64,000 bases of DNA from an uncultured archaeon (GCA_964484305.1 CAZAEI010000002.1:11715-75714); one strand, 5' to 3'. Counted from the stretch's first letter, positions 47,101-48,460 are shown. The notes: generated from the sequence alone by a model not told the origin. Program-made: numbers and translations.

Positions 47101-48460
47101 TGTCGAGCTGTATCGCATCATTGCCATCAGGAGTCTGGTCCTCTGAAGTAGAGCTGTAAAAATGGCCCGGAGGATTGTAGGTTATTCCTGTCTGGCTGTA
47201 TGCATTGCTTTCATTCAGCGCCGTACAGAGATTGTCATAAAGAACCGTCTGCAACGTAACGGGGGCTTCCATCGAGATTAGCGTCTTTGAATACTTGTAG
47301 CCATACTTTCTCACATAGAATTCATGAGGCGTGTAATCAGCTTTCCGTATATCAGTATCTGCATAAACGTGCAATCTCCTGAAATCCAGAATCTGTTCTT
47401 CTATTGTGCCATTAGGATATGTTTCATTGATGCCAACGAGGTTGCCGTAGAGATCTCTCGACATGGCTGTAGCATTTTCTATTTTGCTGCCGTAGAGGTC
47501 ACCCAGTTCTATATTGAATGAACTCTGCCTTAAGACGTATGTGTTGTCAGTGGTTCCGGAACCCTGCAGGTCCATTGTGGTCTCATCAATCACGGAGTCG
47601 ATGGCTATGAGATAATGGTTGTTCAACCCGACATCATAGGTATTGTCATAACCAAAATAGCCCCTCACCGCGCCACTGGAGTGCCAGCATTGTACACCCC
47701 TGTCTGCGTCATGCACCAGAAGATTATTGAACGGGGTTTCTGCCATCCCCATCAGCTCTATGGCGGCAAATCCGTTATAGAACGCGTAGTCATTCACGCT
47801 GGCATTGGAGCCAAAATAAAAAATACCATGATCGGGGTCTTTAGAAGCCGACTGGTAAGTAACTCTATTAACTTCACCATAAGTGTTCAAATCAGCGTAT
47901 GGGCCTGTGTCAATGGCATTAAAATCATCCGCGGTGTCTAAAATAGTTGCTACGGTATCATAGAACTTCAGGGAGTTGTCGGTACTGCTGGCACCTCCGC
48001 AAATGGCACCTGTATGGCCCGTGGTTGCTCCGTTTCCGCAATAGTTTGATGTCAGGTCAAATTCAAGAGAGCTTCCGGACTGGGGCATGCCGGAAGCGGT
48101 AAGCTCACCGAACTGTATTGTACTACCGGTATTTACTTCTATGTATGCATCATCAAGGAGAATGTGCTCGTTGGTGGACTTGAAGTACGTGGGATTGGTG
48201 CCTGACTCGTCGCCTATCTCAAGATTCACGTGGAGTTCGTAATAGTTTTGGCTCCCCGGCCTGGTTATATAGGTATCTGAGCAGGCAAGGTCGATATCAT
48301 AGAACGTACAGGCGTTGGCCTCATCAATTGCATCATCGCACGGGTCACTGCCGCCATCGGCCTCAATCCTGATTGGCGTAGTGCAGTCTATGTCTGCCTT
48401 TACCGTGACCGGGAGGTAGAGTAGAAGGAATATGAGTATCAGGAGGTATTTCTCTTTCAT
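8135..48460 (-). CDS. Giant 13,441-aa single-pass surface protein: signal peptide, tip domain, about 25 three-domain modules, CARDB-like stalk, TM helix and a C-terminal cytoplasmic HerA/FtsK-like ATPase.
   Basis: The reading frame is unbroken over 40.3 kb. SD GGAGGTG lies 5 nt upstream of ATG 48460. That ATG overlaps the TGA of the upstream gene (ACATGA), which suggests translational coupling. The ORF-track start at 48502 adds 14 aa with no SD support. The domain grammar is consistent along the whole length (see sub-features). Confidence 0.9.
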   Translation of the reverse strand: MKEKYLLILIFLLLYLPVTVKADIDCTTPIRIEADGGSDPCDDAIDEANACTFYDIDLACSDTYITRPGSQNYYELHVNLEIGDESGTNPTYFKSTNEHILLDDAYIEVNTGSTIQFGELTASGMPQSGSSLEFDLTSNYCGNGATTGHTGAICGGASSTDNSLKFYDTVATILDTADDFNAIDTGPYADLNTYGEVNRVTYQSASKDPDHGIFYFGSNASVNDYAFYNGFAAIELMGMAETPFNNLLVHDADRGVQCWHSSGAVRGYFGYDNTYDVGLNNHYLIAIDSVIDETTMDLQGSGTTDNTYVLRQSSFNIELGDLYGSKIENATAMSRDLYGNLVGINETYPNGTIEEQILDFRRLHVYADTDIRKADYTPHEFYVRKYGYKYSKTLISMEAPVTLQTVLYDNLCTALNESNAYSQTGITYNPPGHFYSSTSEDQTPDGNDAIQLDNYPVTQSEHLQMLDVTGWSATRFIPSSLIPKANYSVDYETGLVTFDSAYSSTTVRPVYFYGGNITVTDNRTLSNIYDYMQAIQINYSNGENYVTDVFTVSDDCATYTSYVDFIVNDSVVNETSDKKVNNKDGYGFSAGSGNGSLINIQSDTWDFNWKADNGTLFRKYTLDVTVSDSEGAPIENATVQLNDTSGNTIFEINTSADGTITQQAVTYAEYNYTGNVTYSPFRLTVTKYPYNVYSVPVALDRKTEIDVPLSLPCDVDLDYEFEVASGHNVNTNRSADAENLTLEVLVRYATTYNETEDQESGEIQKKAAQESSTYYTMDSSGDEDIISGVSVSGDYTDTQTYDKSFRVINETTSGGAVPAYKDSESDGFDENSAGNDVVITVPASALVGDLMVAIVATDDNTPALTITPPSTETWTLEESGSMPIDGTVASSAPAVWIYTKAVSQDDEDNAGSKTYTWSWTGSEEQLGIILLYENVGDWGQFATNLLTGTRVSIDAPSVTTTTDNELVLHCAFKDGYVIFSGLPSGTSRFNNYCGPANDGAAAFACVEETFINPPNTTGTKTFTLEINEANGYTFSIESSGAGSSVLNVTYIIDDIAAGYEYYYLNVSANSSAATEENFTVYAYSTEVGNITSSETNMTLDVTALISGGELNVTFMDTDQDSDADTDTLGIDLIHVLAYTPLIDDEGVTGWTTYSDVIPELPSQTYNISVIVNVSDYNDTGSTAEGNNDPDLQVQFWNGSDWIDGSVNFSVSGTGNATAWTTDSTVLAAWETPANSDIRIRGIDFDYYDDGNIDEINWTEVWIRMNIGGTVGAGKDVKLYITKVGSGTGATWDSGRTLTTNASGYINYSFFPDCDNASTPLVNEEYEVGAHDWYVIVTTEEDPDLCEDDQSSTWNFNVTGTLQNFIDLPDGSENYTAADTILIQGYTQNYCGEPITLNTTTQVTFNLSNQDESYDTNCTVIDPIGANVYKCNWNPDQETPYGYYNVSMRSDYPNYYENLTIKQPPETFYLTTSPSLTEANATPRQDSWALEHNFSVRIADNLDDTVNVTLQEQILGQSWYDVESRNCTNCSDNAEGYTTFDFNKTYPCSGYAGQWMKFRFRAYDSEGNTIYTDSVTQYYGEDDTFELQKSDVNVTYIYGNETKAQPTQPTEFGVQVYDLDNLSRTFSGYETPLVKFDVTTNGAGSSLVMINSSLTNSSGHANVTFLPDGQFYDGNQTWYGYIGSDDACYRYNKTENLTVEIELNWPPRYENETINGYVGEESTSVSQGWGEGWTFNVTVYDPESDTVDVELQLNTGSGWFKLDNQTCTECSYWETKNFTISLDCGNVSSLAQYRFIITDNESNQNTTTARSFTTEEDDVTYLVIWGHENVTNRSADLLNLSLHVRIMDENGSYAQPNTTMYITKVGTGGGASWDSGHLLTANDTGEVLYDFFPECDNASTPTENEEYEVGLHEWYVKVEDSNTCYKATQSSTYNFTVYGSLYPAIDLPDGSQNFSIGEIVLLQGFIENYCEEPMAVNTSTQISYMLNTTDYGDYCSPISRIGANVYKCNWLPWQEAEYGYYNVTMWANYSYYYENTTISPDIFYLTTSPILKAGNVTPRISSWETEFNFTVNVSDNKGDTVNVTLQYQVVGQGWQDYTTQSCTNCSDNGALNYTQLNWSLTLPCSGYAGSYMKFRFNATDEEGNMKISDPINPGQYVDNDDTFQAEKSDVNVTYVYGNESYTSLTTSTEFGVQVYDLDNLSRTFSGYETPLVKFDVTTNGAGSSLVMINSSLTNSSGHANVTFLPDGQFYDGNQTWYGYIGSDDACYRYNKTENLTVEIELNWPPRYENETINGYVGEESTSVSQGWGEGWTFNVTVYDPESDTVDVELQLNTGSGWFKLDNQTCTECSYWETKNFTISLDCGNVSSLAQYRFIITDNESNQNTTTARSFTTEEDDVTYLVIWGHENVTNRSADLLNLSLHVRIMDENGSYAQPNTTMYITKVGTGGGASWDSGHLLTANDTGEVLYDFFPECDNASTPTENEEYEVGLHEWYVKVEDSNTCYKATQSSTYNFTVYGSLYPAIDLPDGSQNFSIGEIVLLQGFIENYCEEPMAVNTSTQISYMLNTTDYGDYCSPISRIGANVYKCNWLPWQEAEYGYYNVTMWANYSYYYENTTISPDIFYLTTSPILKAGNVTPRSGPWSGNFNFTVNVSDNLGDTVNVTLQYQVVGQGWQDYSTQSCTNCSDNGALNYTELNWTGVTYPCSGYAGQLMKFRFNATDEEGNMKISDPINPGQYVNNDDTFQIQKDNVSIIYISGNNTNSSLSIPAEFIVRLYNNDKQTYDLSPASTVTFNVTTNGEGGDYTTAGTNTTNATGYATFYFLPDDYYITGIQDWIAYVSTTETCYSYNVTDVQKVNTQVHAPLLENENVSMLSGGWGYEWNFSVDVYDEYDNVTVQLWRSTFPVGAPWTLMDEDYYNNSGNWETLNFTPQFTCDNIGLWYYKFNATDEYQNSNTTTPSSYRNFTITQDPVVFEYQQGDDSTANRSGDQTDTLILRIWDGNGTELLDFNVTFYVETNSYEYDSGINITTNSSGHAVYDFNASCTPTRYEVGVQNWKAETDGYRCYADNSSTEYDLTVMGDFNVSFDWPLEENKTVGDRIRFEASIWDDCQAELGGATVRFNASGLTEDECSAVTSPVTGYYKCSETPQGLDTTGYRQGWYNATLNATKDYYYMNETVKTNMSNGGFFYLYIYPLLEDPAVVPTSEGWSRKFNFSVNVTDDPLDNVTVQLWHSSSGGTGGEWLQLDGDLYCEDCNDTVLNWTDINFSCSYKGTVNFKFNASDIDVKTDSEESSFTVEADDVIVEYGGSGNDTEINRSADTITLSTKVNDTDANEYVPSGVYGRLWVTTDGSAYSDLGLITTDADGFFNETFPPGGDECDYDVGIQKWKMQTSDTCYASQNSSEHYVAVYGDLYADIIQPTGLQQFSESETVPIVLKGNLTDDCSQGVSNAEVNFRLDGPMTYWCPESGYVTNLTGSIYQCDWNSSGKAGGDYNITMFAYKSYHNNDTDLEEDAFHLSVPIQILNEMAIPDTPDDAPWGRNYTFSVNVTHINDVYLCLWERPAGLSFTEVECRNVTVPTGKTELFYHQYSVSDYDTSATREWKFNASERDTGASPQTTSTHTLTLTPDNLTMGTLYDEDGKPEVFVEAPSHMVEDLGNCPSGRYQHIIVFNDEEDPVNVTGMVFFEGDPSETTSMMETGATFSVHSYSESAAPDYANRDSGDLYWYEWGWSNGTIGVTIQPGEYHVFWAQVTPLGEQSFPYRPIGSGYYNSTVYLGDGQAVGSGNYDMGMLPDHGGALHFRLDLEQGDSLLSDEDSDYCSSPYNWFTRENRTANRSDILDVLIPVWLEAENSGRGEILSFSTNVTFPRGWNYILGTAKVNGRGVQKITHYLINGVDRLVWTFDGDDPSWIDQYKDNQSMGQAYLTFQVKSACPYEGAYVWEINATNIQQEDYDENHTDYVNLTTFCFAPNREDTPKNTQVERQGSATTPLFVDVFDIILGEYADSSTTEQVFYNVTTDGSVYTNQHQGGEMKVLTTDSAPHMYANFSFNPGCSPFYQAGVQNWFAYTKSDAYDYHKDNVNSSSIYNVTIIGQLEPNITIPYGDYLKGETINITVDVVGDCNEDITTATINVTLKSQDTLNTYECTNVTNWGGGSYSCYWNSSVIGFDYANYTIYANASDVAYYNNGTDIETDAFSVNPPVSKINVTAMYVPDEIFQNRSFVVNATVTVTEKASEQVNATLEVPLDWQVLPSRTQNLSAMGIDDSKDVGWEVYVNSSYEVSYVINVSVNNTEEQEDRNITTVLAYRFLDLGCPASAIHYNTSGDSEDDVTTQFCSVDVTLGASLDDSSLEADLTAGQEPEESVEAAWPCEGGDYRIGNLTAYWEGSSGPSRARVYAYNGTDWFNVLHSQDIGDNAEEQPVSIMQNQIAPNGTGYCIIRIENAGGNGLMLDALFLQLYYRPSVSVIDIKPAIAGDETSGMEKGDGNLNVTVRVQNTLNASYTVNITLNITNSSGGVIYSQTQTDVPLDKGTTVYENFTEIDTSSWGSGTKYLNAFVDYNSSQAKRREQFEFRNVSFSVLGPDYMCPSTTEELNVTVSHLFADRVYYNISVSVPAGWTVSPQYQEANLTSTSSFYFNLTSSGSPTGSSLVNTTVSYTYPDSYAKSIEHEKTIINDYVPILEVTRESPASLSNYTDFDVRLFVHNKGCVPAYDVRLNETTPYGWTVYDASINLGGTLNGQIISWDLGEIGVNFYKNPSYTIKAHFLEDQVGPFYWNSTWKDNVSSSYQANQTLYFRVRTKWEEHMRFELNTSSFEGRSAELNATTNYTLIIENVGEASSAGDWNATLYIPPSCTPDYLGGGSWDSGNRTISWNVSSDLAQGQTQKFNFSMNCTETGPLVLLAAAISDQRGEASYYNSTNYNCSGRSCFSQNTHTFQNPGMPYESLSELDFLINYTRTGSNMTIGESIVNMTGDTGYVIPVWQNFTFNESSGELWVNRTVTDDESSEFNNQQHQIGVYSHSDATMQADGSIIIKQISYSWKYGKKFNEQEGLFLKVKPIHYPLLENPDVNPYSVGWGEGHNFTVDVYDSGDNVTVYLWEAFSASGPWTLKDSQLYSSPGSWATLNFTEHHNCSEVGTKYYKFNATDEFGYSNETSSGSFYIDYDDLVITEIQGDGSVANRSGSQIDTLILYLQDENGSFIYDVNITFYVTTSGFNWDDGTNEPTNDTGYATYDFDAKCSSPKYEVGSHQWKGEVTGQSCYNDKVSSLYDMTIMGDLNVTLLDPSNTNYTEGDTVTFYGYLTNDCDDLLQGYPLEFRPWHDTYIEYLDAENLPGGYYRYYWSTLGGKPGGWYNITINATELTQDTYYSDQKDYIYPNVTEPIHAFYLEIAPRLREANVTPRQDGWSYQRNFTVNASDEAEDTLTAYAWQRESTGEWEQITPSRQCTSCDNATMNWSASYTCSDLTGETATMYFKFNATDGTLSYTTSVASGDYVGDDNSFILERQDVILEHSYGDETAVNRTGPGSATPLILNVTDTDRNQVAYPPAATVVFNITTDAGPGFLLEGSNTTNDTGEVTYYFNPNCSYHVGKQYWQGFTQDGCYKTNQSGTFNVTVIGNIVLSASAENSTYHQEENITVWINVTDDCGTFISVSFLNVTLRYNESIAYNCTNLYEWNTGNYSCNWSTTKQDVTGYYDIVMEASNPPNYNNGTKEEIHDFMLISYENNNPMLSNENVIPEGWGTLTNFSVDVEDPDFDNVTVWLWEGDSGSGPFTLIDSQTCWDCEPGETLNFSTYHNCQDAQAPKYYKFNASDAQGGTDSTPTNQFQVEPDNVTVYVREGSLAQVNRSLDQLSTVVIIQVYDSDNLTYVGQDVNTSLFVAYSGTSYDSGLTNTTNSSGHARFYFNPNCSYTVGDRNWIAGTYGDQCYDDETNSPPQTMRIYGDLVINFTNISCPGGFCFDGDNVTIRANLSDECGTLLNESNAIINVTHDTYNSECDVNDEGDGYYNCTREVAGTPGGWYAVHARVDRGFHNPEYIVNSTGFFHQIGPYLYAEQVTPSNVPWGNNPAKSTFTFNINVSDDDDNITLRLYMTKTPPDWGLPKDSQSVQDYLNQTVTLSEQFTACADVGTWYWKINVSDTSDLNDTTSGSDTVEVTNVNVTFSILQGNDSVVQRYGSNKTLLHVRVINNYTGGVEGMPGNTGYFWVTTTTGGEFSQNHQDGLMTNTTKNDGNLTMYFNPGCSGPHYWAGPQEWKAGVTFSSCYNNANSSEFNVNITGILTPNITYPIGVIPFLKGDPVPIWGDVEDDCGPISGIDVDFSIDNFWTPPAPNDWANGSYNTTWDSTEGSIGRHDVNMTVTNESYDVNQDWEEDALILVVKPQLRNPFTDVGIGGADGWGHNFTFKVEYCDQDGEDTVNISLWVSSSTLGPWTFIDSTDVSGCTWSNVTFHHNFSCQDYLENIQYFRFVANDTYNYSNETQSQLFHLQRDNVSLYSYYTSASQVSREGDETIFFSIFVNDTDRGGDVGAGVNGSFWVSINSTTGLLDSGHPRETNISGALNYTFNATCDYPTGSQYWFSGALDDQCYDDENDTTQHYFDILGQLKLSLDQPPNMSEFNVTDDILMNWTVFGDCESNISGVTNTVEIYQPLNDSYCSGWNEEPNGVYNCTWNSTSQPEGNWTINITAERGTYNSNETSWLYRFWLENRDPVSSQATADPMSGGWGATYMYNITIDDPEADETVCTLYTNTTGSGWVERGYDVVQWTGNCTILVSDFISDDMGPTQFRFRINDTFNLYETDNLTGPALSEDNVTVTFIHGNHTGGSEGSVQRSGQDYTNLIVNVYDEDRGNYPQGVNVTFWITYSGTSKDSGNTTTTDSSGNATDSFDPGCGPKYGVGNQTWLAGITDSSYINKNTTDNYTVYITGSLTNQVQIPNGTEHLRGTNVTVRANVTDDCQDVITGAGVTYQMRNVSLYECVYKSEEGSGWYNCSFNTSDMEPMGYNLTVNSSKTDHASESLTLEYVETETSFWVETEPCMSGVVAIPWVGGWSETFNFTVNVTDEDYDQVIVYGYFRTEEPAQGSWNPLGAGSDSGSGINWTAFFQHQFGPGYVSTILSVMFNATEDDEWWFNTTPVNFTVEEDDVNYTHTQGNETTVNRVGNDNKTLIIYVWDQDDPAHPPASTNNPEGRFWITTNASDPGSWDSGTSRQVNDTGYIKYEFNPDGSCTYGVGKQLWKVGLTTSSQYYKESNSSETWNITITSEFTPDLITPLNKSFRKGIDPVLLSANLTDLASGCGLVSDANVSFYIHRSGYSDYYCQAAETSNPGIYNCTIPAAETNNPGWVYGWYNMTINASREFYANISETFNDTFYIGSDPVLSITGTGVTPFSEGWGRTFNFTVDVYDLDGNNVTVRLYKKLFSESDYTHLQTKECAPCSSDQYNPTVMTFVVDTFTCSDIGSSNFKFNATDTHDFTDESDIKSFTVQKDSVNYQARTQNNTDTVRQGTDTILISYYVYDTDRGNLALPADVNGTVYVTSNEWDWGNPLYNQTNDTGHLNYYLDTNCSHKFGYHIFSTRIENDDCYNPDSEMFWPGNRTFNVYGQLLNNIDLPAYQEPFNVTDPVPVRLNTTSDCSLDRPDEAIINNSYITIQVISPYGIWHDCTPVENETDPTQGYYNCTWDSTDHREGWWSIQLNSSRAYFNDNRTHLQDWFQLENLNSTWSQQQVVPQADGWTRPFNFSVNITDPDSDTVNCSLYINRYDGQGWVFRGNMTLHDPSGVVGQTCWVELRDFTGDDIGENTYMFYIQNGEPSNYFNTTNYTGPTLEVANTSIAFITPNGTTVNMTGDTELLTVLVNDTDNYTLQNWFPPGVNVTFWVTYNDSSLNVTLNQTNQTGHANYLFEPDCSFSIGPQEWWANVTDSHYEMNTTGHNLTIYIYEELAIQVEQPLGIEYLNGTNVTFRFNITEYSCGRNVTGVDLSRLNITAIHEDTGQNFTCDYKSEEGQGWYNCSMNTSGLPAQEYTVMIIAGKDYYNDVNETHEYAESTSGFFVESEPVLTEPTMNSTDYDGDTGANGSYMEPRNLSVRVTDPDGDNVNVYFYRRMWTGSGWDDWTEIGMSWCSSCNNSLVYYYDSYVYSYEYHLGTWQYKANCSDQANYPRSGGVSYSDEVGPFNYTVEKNDINITVYDGDGAWLWRNGSAYYVLSTKVKNVDDNFQELAGGEANGTVYITKDHANLENVTDPGNPPKNTNYGFFNYSFHPDGDDDATSNCEYDIGVQKWRVFVHNNQRYKDENSSLLNITLRTFLNGTIHSPIDLAPYVQEAGINITFNFSLFDECLDPVAGANEKNITLDGPANYFITNSTIDDEGDGHYTHNRSASDTAQTPPNYNTTAQAWKQYYEMVTLYANDSFTVGTRPQLQYINPIVDPSVDGWGYQSGFSFFAQCKDADNDVMNVTLWKRATPNDEWGLLDYNSCQGTNWQNDATFTITTFDCGDISPSGWHSQFKINATDEDGYGVELGPQNFTVQSDNVTVIQKQGYGVDVYRNGSGGPGVELFQVLINDTDAGNVPVPQGVNGTFWITSTGSDFDTEWTNTTNGQGYLNLYFNPNCFYKFGAQQWIGGVWNDQCYDVENSTSQAFNVYGQLLNNIDLPAYQEPFNVTDPVPVRLNTTSDCSLDRPDEAIINNSYITIQVISPYGIWHDCTPVENETDPTQGYYNCTWDSTDHREGWWSIQLNSSRAYFNDNRTHLQDWFQLENLNSTWSQQQVVPQADGWTRPFNFSVNITDPDSDTVNCSLYINRYDGQGWVFRGNMTLHDPSGVVGQTCWVELRDFTGDDIGENTYMFYIQNGEPSNYFNTTNYTGPTLEVANTSIAFITPNGTTVNMTGDTELLTVLVNDTDNYTLQNWFPPGVNVTFWVTYNDSSLNVTLNQTNQTGHANYLFEPDCSFSIGPQEWWANVTDSHYEMNTTGHNLTLIIMDELLNNITYPDYTQFNKGVNITLNATIQDSCGSNVSDASVYFIIESELYGDKYYCNDTQTLGDGQYSCEFNSSGMKAGWYDVTMASNRTYYNTNHSYDYHTFSVETAPVLVFAGYGVDPAGGGWGESFNYSVNVSDEDGDTVRVYAYERKYGDASWGSPLIAPNGEDPYQECQPCDNTTLTFTIDNFDCANGLGDNLTRVREFKFNATDDPPGPDDTDEIGPRNYTMTKNDASIEYVQGNDSWVYRPSGTITLQLRIYDLVKQQYANIPNERSIVNITNMTGNWISSPVNQSNPQGYITYEFDPGCSPKYDTGPQLWRGYIEGTPSNPGCYAENVSDNFTVNIWTSPLNYTLTIPDGEHYRRSLDNITIRGRVYDECAGEIGGVNNATVTFEAISPACNFECSDDTGNDGGGIEDEFESGGTRGWYNCTFWGPDNTSNWAGTCLNVYNTTLYATKNFYNSSSALVDNESFVLTQVPSIRWWTNPHTIDPIGGGWGAKHTFHYYFEDDEGASDSVNITLWKSVGVDNWTLINYTIRNNPNEQLFTFVHTFNCGEQGTNYYLINVTDKWNDTNETTTENWDMGKDRVYTYAGASDDEVDREGQETAYLNVYFSDLDKGYTNVVAGVDGKIWVTFNGSDTGTWDDGHANQTSGDGYMRIWFDPSCDPLYEVGSHDWKGGIELDECYENYAGNSSSTTLTVYGRLNSTIDTPQQGNSSTVGDMLYSRYNVTDDCSQLVNETTTTIEFKHPTSSWDSHTPADEGDGWYNYDLDTSFHKGGWYDVRINASKTYYRPDNSSFWDDWFYLENTPPAISEVNVTPGEGPWGGVYTYSVKIWDTQQDNVTCELWVSTDGGSSYYKKNWTTIWGGRDYCNLTVGDALDGTEFNCSDMGTDNSFHFMIDDETNVNYTDNITGPNLTADTAMITYSFGNESVIDRDDSSSNHLATYTVYTNDTVRVGHVLTGTDITFWTTYNNSVFDGGNLNQTNTSGHALLYFNPGCSGPKYEVGPQEWKAGITDSCYAAVNTSQNYTLEIWGSLYGDIEEPGQDEEYERGVENISTKGLVEDDCGDTKTGVNVTFNFTHVDDSDVYPCLYYTIEGTIYYRCKRNTTGMKARWYNNTMYSSMAYHYSNATTWESHFEVVTKPVLTQETALTNPGGWGERFHFSVNLTDEDYDEVEVKLYAKKQSDSLWGVPKNSTIADTAVGEIINLSWRDDPIDCGNIDDWEFYFKATDNRSPPFTNETGPGNFTIERDNAYMLLEQGHEAYIWRNGSDNYQLIMRVWDNDTNNYAETGTIGATNATFWVTTNHSLDTWDVGKYEFDNGSAYILYDFMDEVPQPECDYKVGPHYWKAGVGGLKEDVCYKPINSTEYTVYLNSTLIMTIHEPHGQGILWGTPLDVVGYIEDDCNPVENSTVQWVFSRKTTQWPENQDQANQSQGWYNYTWTETYKRTDWYNITMDADKEYYGPNQTLREDAFFIALAPDIQDAGIDKELGGWGENFYVWVVITDADSNYNNITLWKRQWNDSQGDWDEWLLINQTWEYDLGDDEVHFDQHFACADMGWNQFRFNSKDEFNFTDDSNKTVTDDSLQLKNTSWSEAPIHDASGQADSGFNHTETTDEAGFFETFNITIHNQNGTVMYFNLSVNGVQVADNQSVQDGQNATVDAISGGASFTLPGGQDINFTVTDGQGGSGEANYTTYLNQSMLYQSFSTSHYIDAFYDVERFNVTLQNENGSTLYFDLEVNGITVAQNLSVAPGENASYDARRQGGLDFTPPGSQQISIAVTNGSGGNASARFSLYLHYIAGVHEFYLQEDNVTVYLCDGTDCLPASNTTVRRVGAQNAFLNIRIEDTDAAFDKYPDGVDTGFWITEDYENFTVFYDCTTTGAGYCDVNHNPGCATPAGIQKWKLETLDSCYQPLNSSTKNLQVFGQLYANYTTPVDGDVLNRNLTYTLNATVNDDCGTYINYSTLTWQNESWDLINTTDNGSLGFYDRSWYIGESYELGPDILRINTTKTHHDKGTNQTDILIYGWAGIDTMWPPNGTEFDAGAMNTWITCHVSDINTGQSIESYNVDFYKNGVYNASDDTDWQGNATWYWYTEWEDAGPYNISCKISDDDVLYYNVSAGERMSNITVNRQLIIDEITKSYGTIYRNDSYDPHETEICVHVNDAQIGNASGANVSFYNNSGFIRNCTTDQWGRCNITYNVTDNIAPGNYTIHINATKAGISDSDTVETYLDVIGVLILNITSPVDESKHPKTGTVDLDVNITDEAGSVISGCDVEWWNETGMLTDMQTYPNYPLTGQEAGNRTITSNATKQYYAAGNNSVLITIEAVVDVYYVSPANYTLLPYPVPFDVFCQVRYAEAAGGGPVEDYDVELYYYWESAGLPWVFINNFTTNPSGYINHTFDPGQKGNLNFKCNITDNTSRLIQAGISEAQGIITIRDVNLPVITNTSIVPDTSIEANLNYTNITANVTDDVGINKVWADILLPNQTHENVTMTNESLGGDLYRVSYVPVLSGLYHVWIWAQDTGPEYNNASLYAGTFDVWGKITGLIELNKTILMSGITQSHGAQFNLSVNFTNLGPPTGYYVELRSMDDPNDTLVINDTYQDIGNLSVNETYTWPLTVDVPAGTPPMLIRVMIYANWTDPDLTLNSTLNWSDVFVSSNPILDIVEDELTNTVPHESTLYYVGNFTVYSSGNDAVDDIDITMVGGNLSSECPECVVDIIPAAWGRLEAGYQFSSSLYIDIPAGQPPGDYWTVVRASASNTEPDDMILTVNVPENTSWTRTPGSLSSYENPILALLNASAAIGNITTTNIGNSRIAIKVYRTENGSDMVLADPEYFELGKQVSRNTTISYIVPVAKPKGMYYVKLILRNETADPQEWITDLWLNVTDTPPLIDDVNATPLVFEAGYENVSISANITDNFEVSDAWIRVVRPTDCGYINESKMIHSATSDSGFNYTEQVNSLYDASMLYFNITIENNNGTEISLNLAVNSLLVADNISIPSGQSATIDAVAGGASFTLPGYQHINMTMDGNASYDARLNYSVLDVSAYTEQMNGTAKPFYHATYNSSLEGYHDLYICANDTAGLSGCTSMIQLYGAGTTHLIMTTNVSEVNITGITLSDSEDFDFNLTVMPDWARLFNLSVTLGLPGSWSAAPDTFNFSDMLKHETKSNESRVTVATSTWPGNYTVNLTANWTELNGYTNGTNLTSILVMVQPNPAIDILESTLPYFVRSGGTGNKTMNIYSIGNVNATNITYSCIWGEVCENFTVGFNPLNISVLEPGQGQLVNITITVPPLYKAGEYAGTVEALEAGGSNDTVFIVLTVPINLSWYHDPEDITINLSHETSGNMGYITVHNTGNARLILEVIQSGNGTPYIPLDKDELDLDIASSDTIMVNYTLPHIDDITTYQSLIRTENLSAGEPTYQETWVTVNAFPFSLDLTHPTQAEPTKNVTASDAIQVEVNVTYGGEPLNHSVEFNLTLFNATGSWHLNITSANYSNYTGLWHLNFSAPNISENKGYDLNVSALYVNASIWLHDIEMKAVIYIDRVAPEVAIEVPPRVPANSTAYIYINATDSGGVERAELEVTFPDNSTMDFNATFVEKLGDLYRFVVAMNYTSQVGIYHVNATAWDLSGNWNYSDKSFEIFPGVMWSGDSVNMEKLHKPHFHLNFTFLLAGTSYEAYNFTTEGATGHYNETLDMRAYDINITFRNETVILYDSELVYDVYNPVLFGKIPGVKMPQKSLKGYYIYTQPVNYSYASLELDCEECYIEGECELSDFMLQNLGIYQCDDWVPMEGCQGTWVAIASTVNSTFYSIAANMSSLNGAFVLAEWICGDDVCESAKGESNAGCPGDCPIVIPEVPKPEEGGGGGGGGAAAEAVTVSGPIEVKTTLIYVTLSQGEYEIHSMEIINNRAGSITANFTVEGLIWDMVQIESPSISISGRSVGVSKIKLYTLPTTQPGVYTGDIITNVEGFGITHRTPVTIKVEKIPSPLLDVQVKSLTKSVAPNEEFRYEVTLVNMGETATIEDIIVQYTIKNLNTDEIMTIFKETVAVEQSLTFRRNITIPSDTPYDRYVIEANVTYWHGNKFAFAADAFDVTELPPVIAALRAIFWNWLTYVILFFVVPAAYGGRYGYRYIKLKKKKKTRYIFPMDFKKLPQAGPNAFVVGKVAETDMLAYFDMTQLQTHGISAGSTGAGKTVSSMIVVEEMLKRNIPVIVFDPTCQWTGFLRPCRDQRMLKLYPRFGLKPGDARRYKGRITRITDPNTAIDIRNYMNPGEITVVLIDKMEPAQLDIFVRKTIADMFKIPWPESPKIKLFIVYDEVHRLLPKYGGKGGYVALERGCREFRKWGIGLWLISQVLMDFKGAIRANISTEVQMRTKYTGDIRRVTQKYGFQYASTTTKLRTGTGMVQNAEFNHGKPYFIEFRPLLHDTGRLSDKDIDEYIRYDTEVTSLMQKAKELKARGIDTTDIEFELKLARDKISQTMFTMSKTYIDSVKNRIRKLGG
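8681..8707 (-). other. Walker B motif LFIVYDEVH (hhhhDE).
   Basis: A hydrophobic strand ending in D-E, 116 aa after the Walker A motif. Confidence 0.8.
9056..9079 (-). other. Walker A motif GSTGAGKT.
   Basis: The minus strand reads ggc tcc acg ggc gcg ggc aag acg. Confidence 0.9.
9260..9322 (-). other. The single C-terminal transmembrane helix of the giant protein (IFWNWLTYVILFFVVPAAYGG).
   Basis: This is the only long hydrophobic segment after the signal peptide. It is followed by RYGYRYIKLKKKKKTRY, which places the C-terminus in the cytoplasm by the positive-inside rule. Confidence 0.8.
21632..22636 (-). repeat. Exact intragenic duplicate, copy 1 (1,005 bp, 335 aa), offset 3,105 bp from copy 2.
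   Basis: Identical to 24737-25741. Duplicated shadow ORFs confirm this (22029=25134, 22106=25211, 22204=25309). The first mismatches are at 21631/24736 and 22637/25742. Confidence 0.9.
24737..25741 (-). repeat. Exact intragenic duplicate, copy 2 (partner of 21632-22636).
   Basis: The protein block NVYGQLLNNIDLPAYQEPFNVTD...EMNTTGHNLT occurs twice verbatim. Confidence 0.9.
40596..41893 (-). repeat. Exact intragenic duplicate, copy 1 (about 1,298 bp, 432 aa), offset 1,734 bp from copy 2.
   Basis: Base-for-base identical to 42330-43627 when the two stretches are read side by side. Duplicated shadow ORFs confirm this (40933=42667, 40962=42696, 41099=42833). The flanks are similar but diverged. 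Coordinates are good to within 1-2 nt. Confidence 0.85.
42330..43627 (-). repeat. Exact intragenic duplicate, copy 2 (partner of 40596-41893).
   Basis: As for copy 1. The protein block GVQVYDLDNLSRTFSGYETPLVKF...ILKAGNVTPR occurs twice verbatim. Confidence 0.85.
48395..48460 (-). other. Sec-type signal peptide of the giant protein (MKEKYLLILIFLLLYLPVTVKA|DIDC).
   Basis: A basic N-terminus, a hydrophobic core and a V-K-A small-residue cleavage motif. Confidence 0.7.
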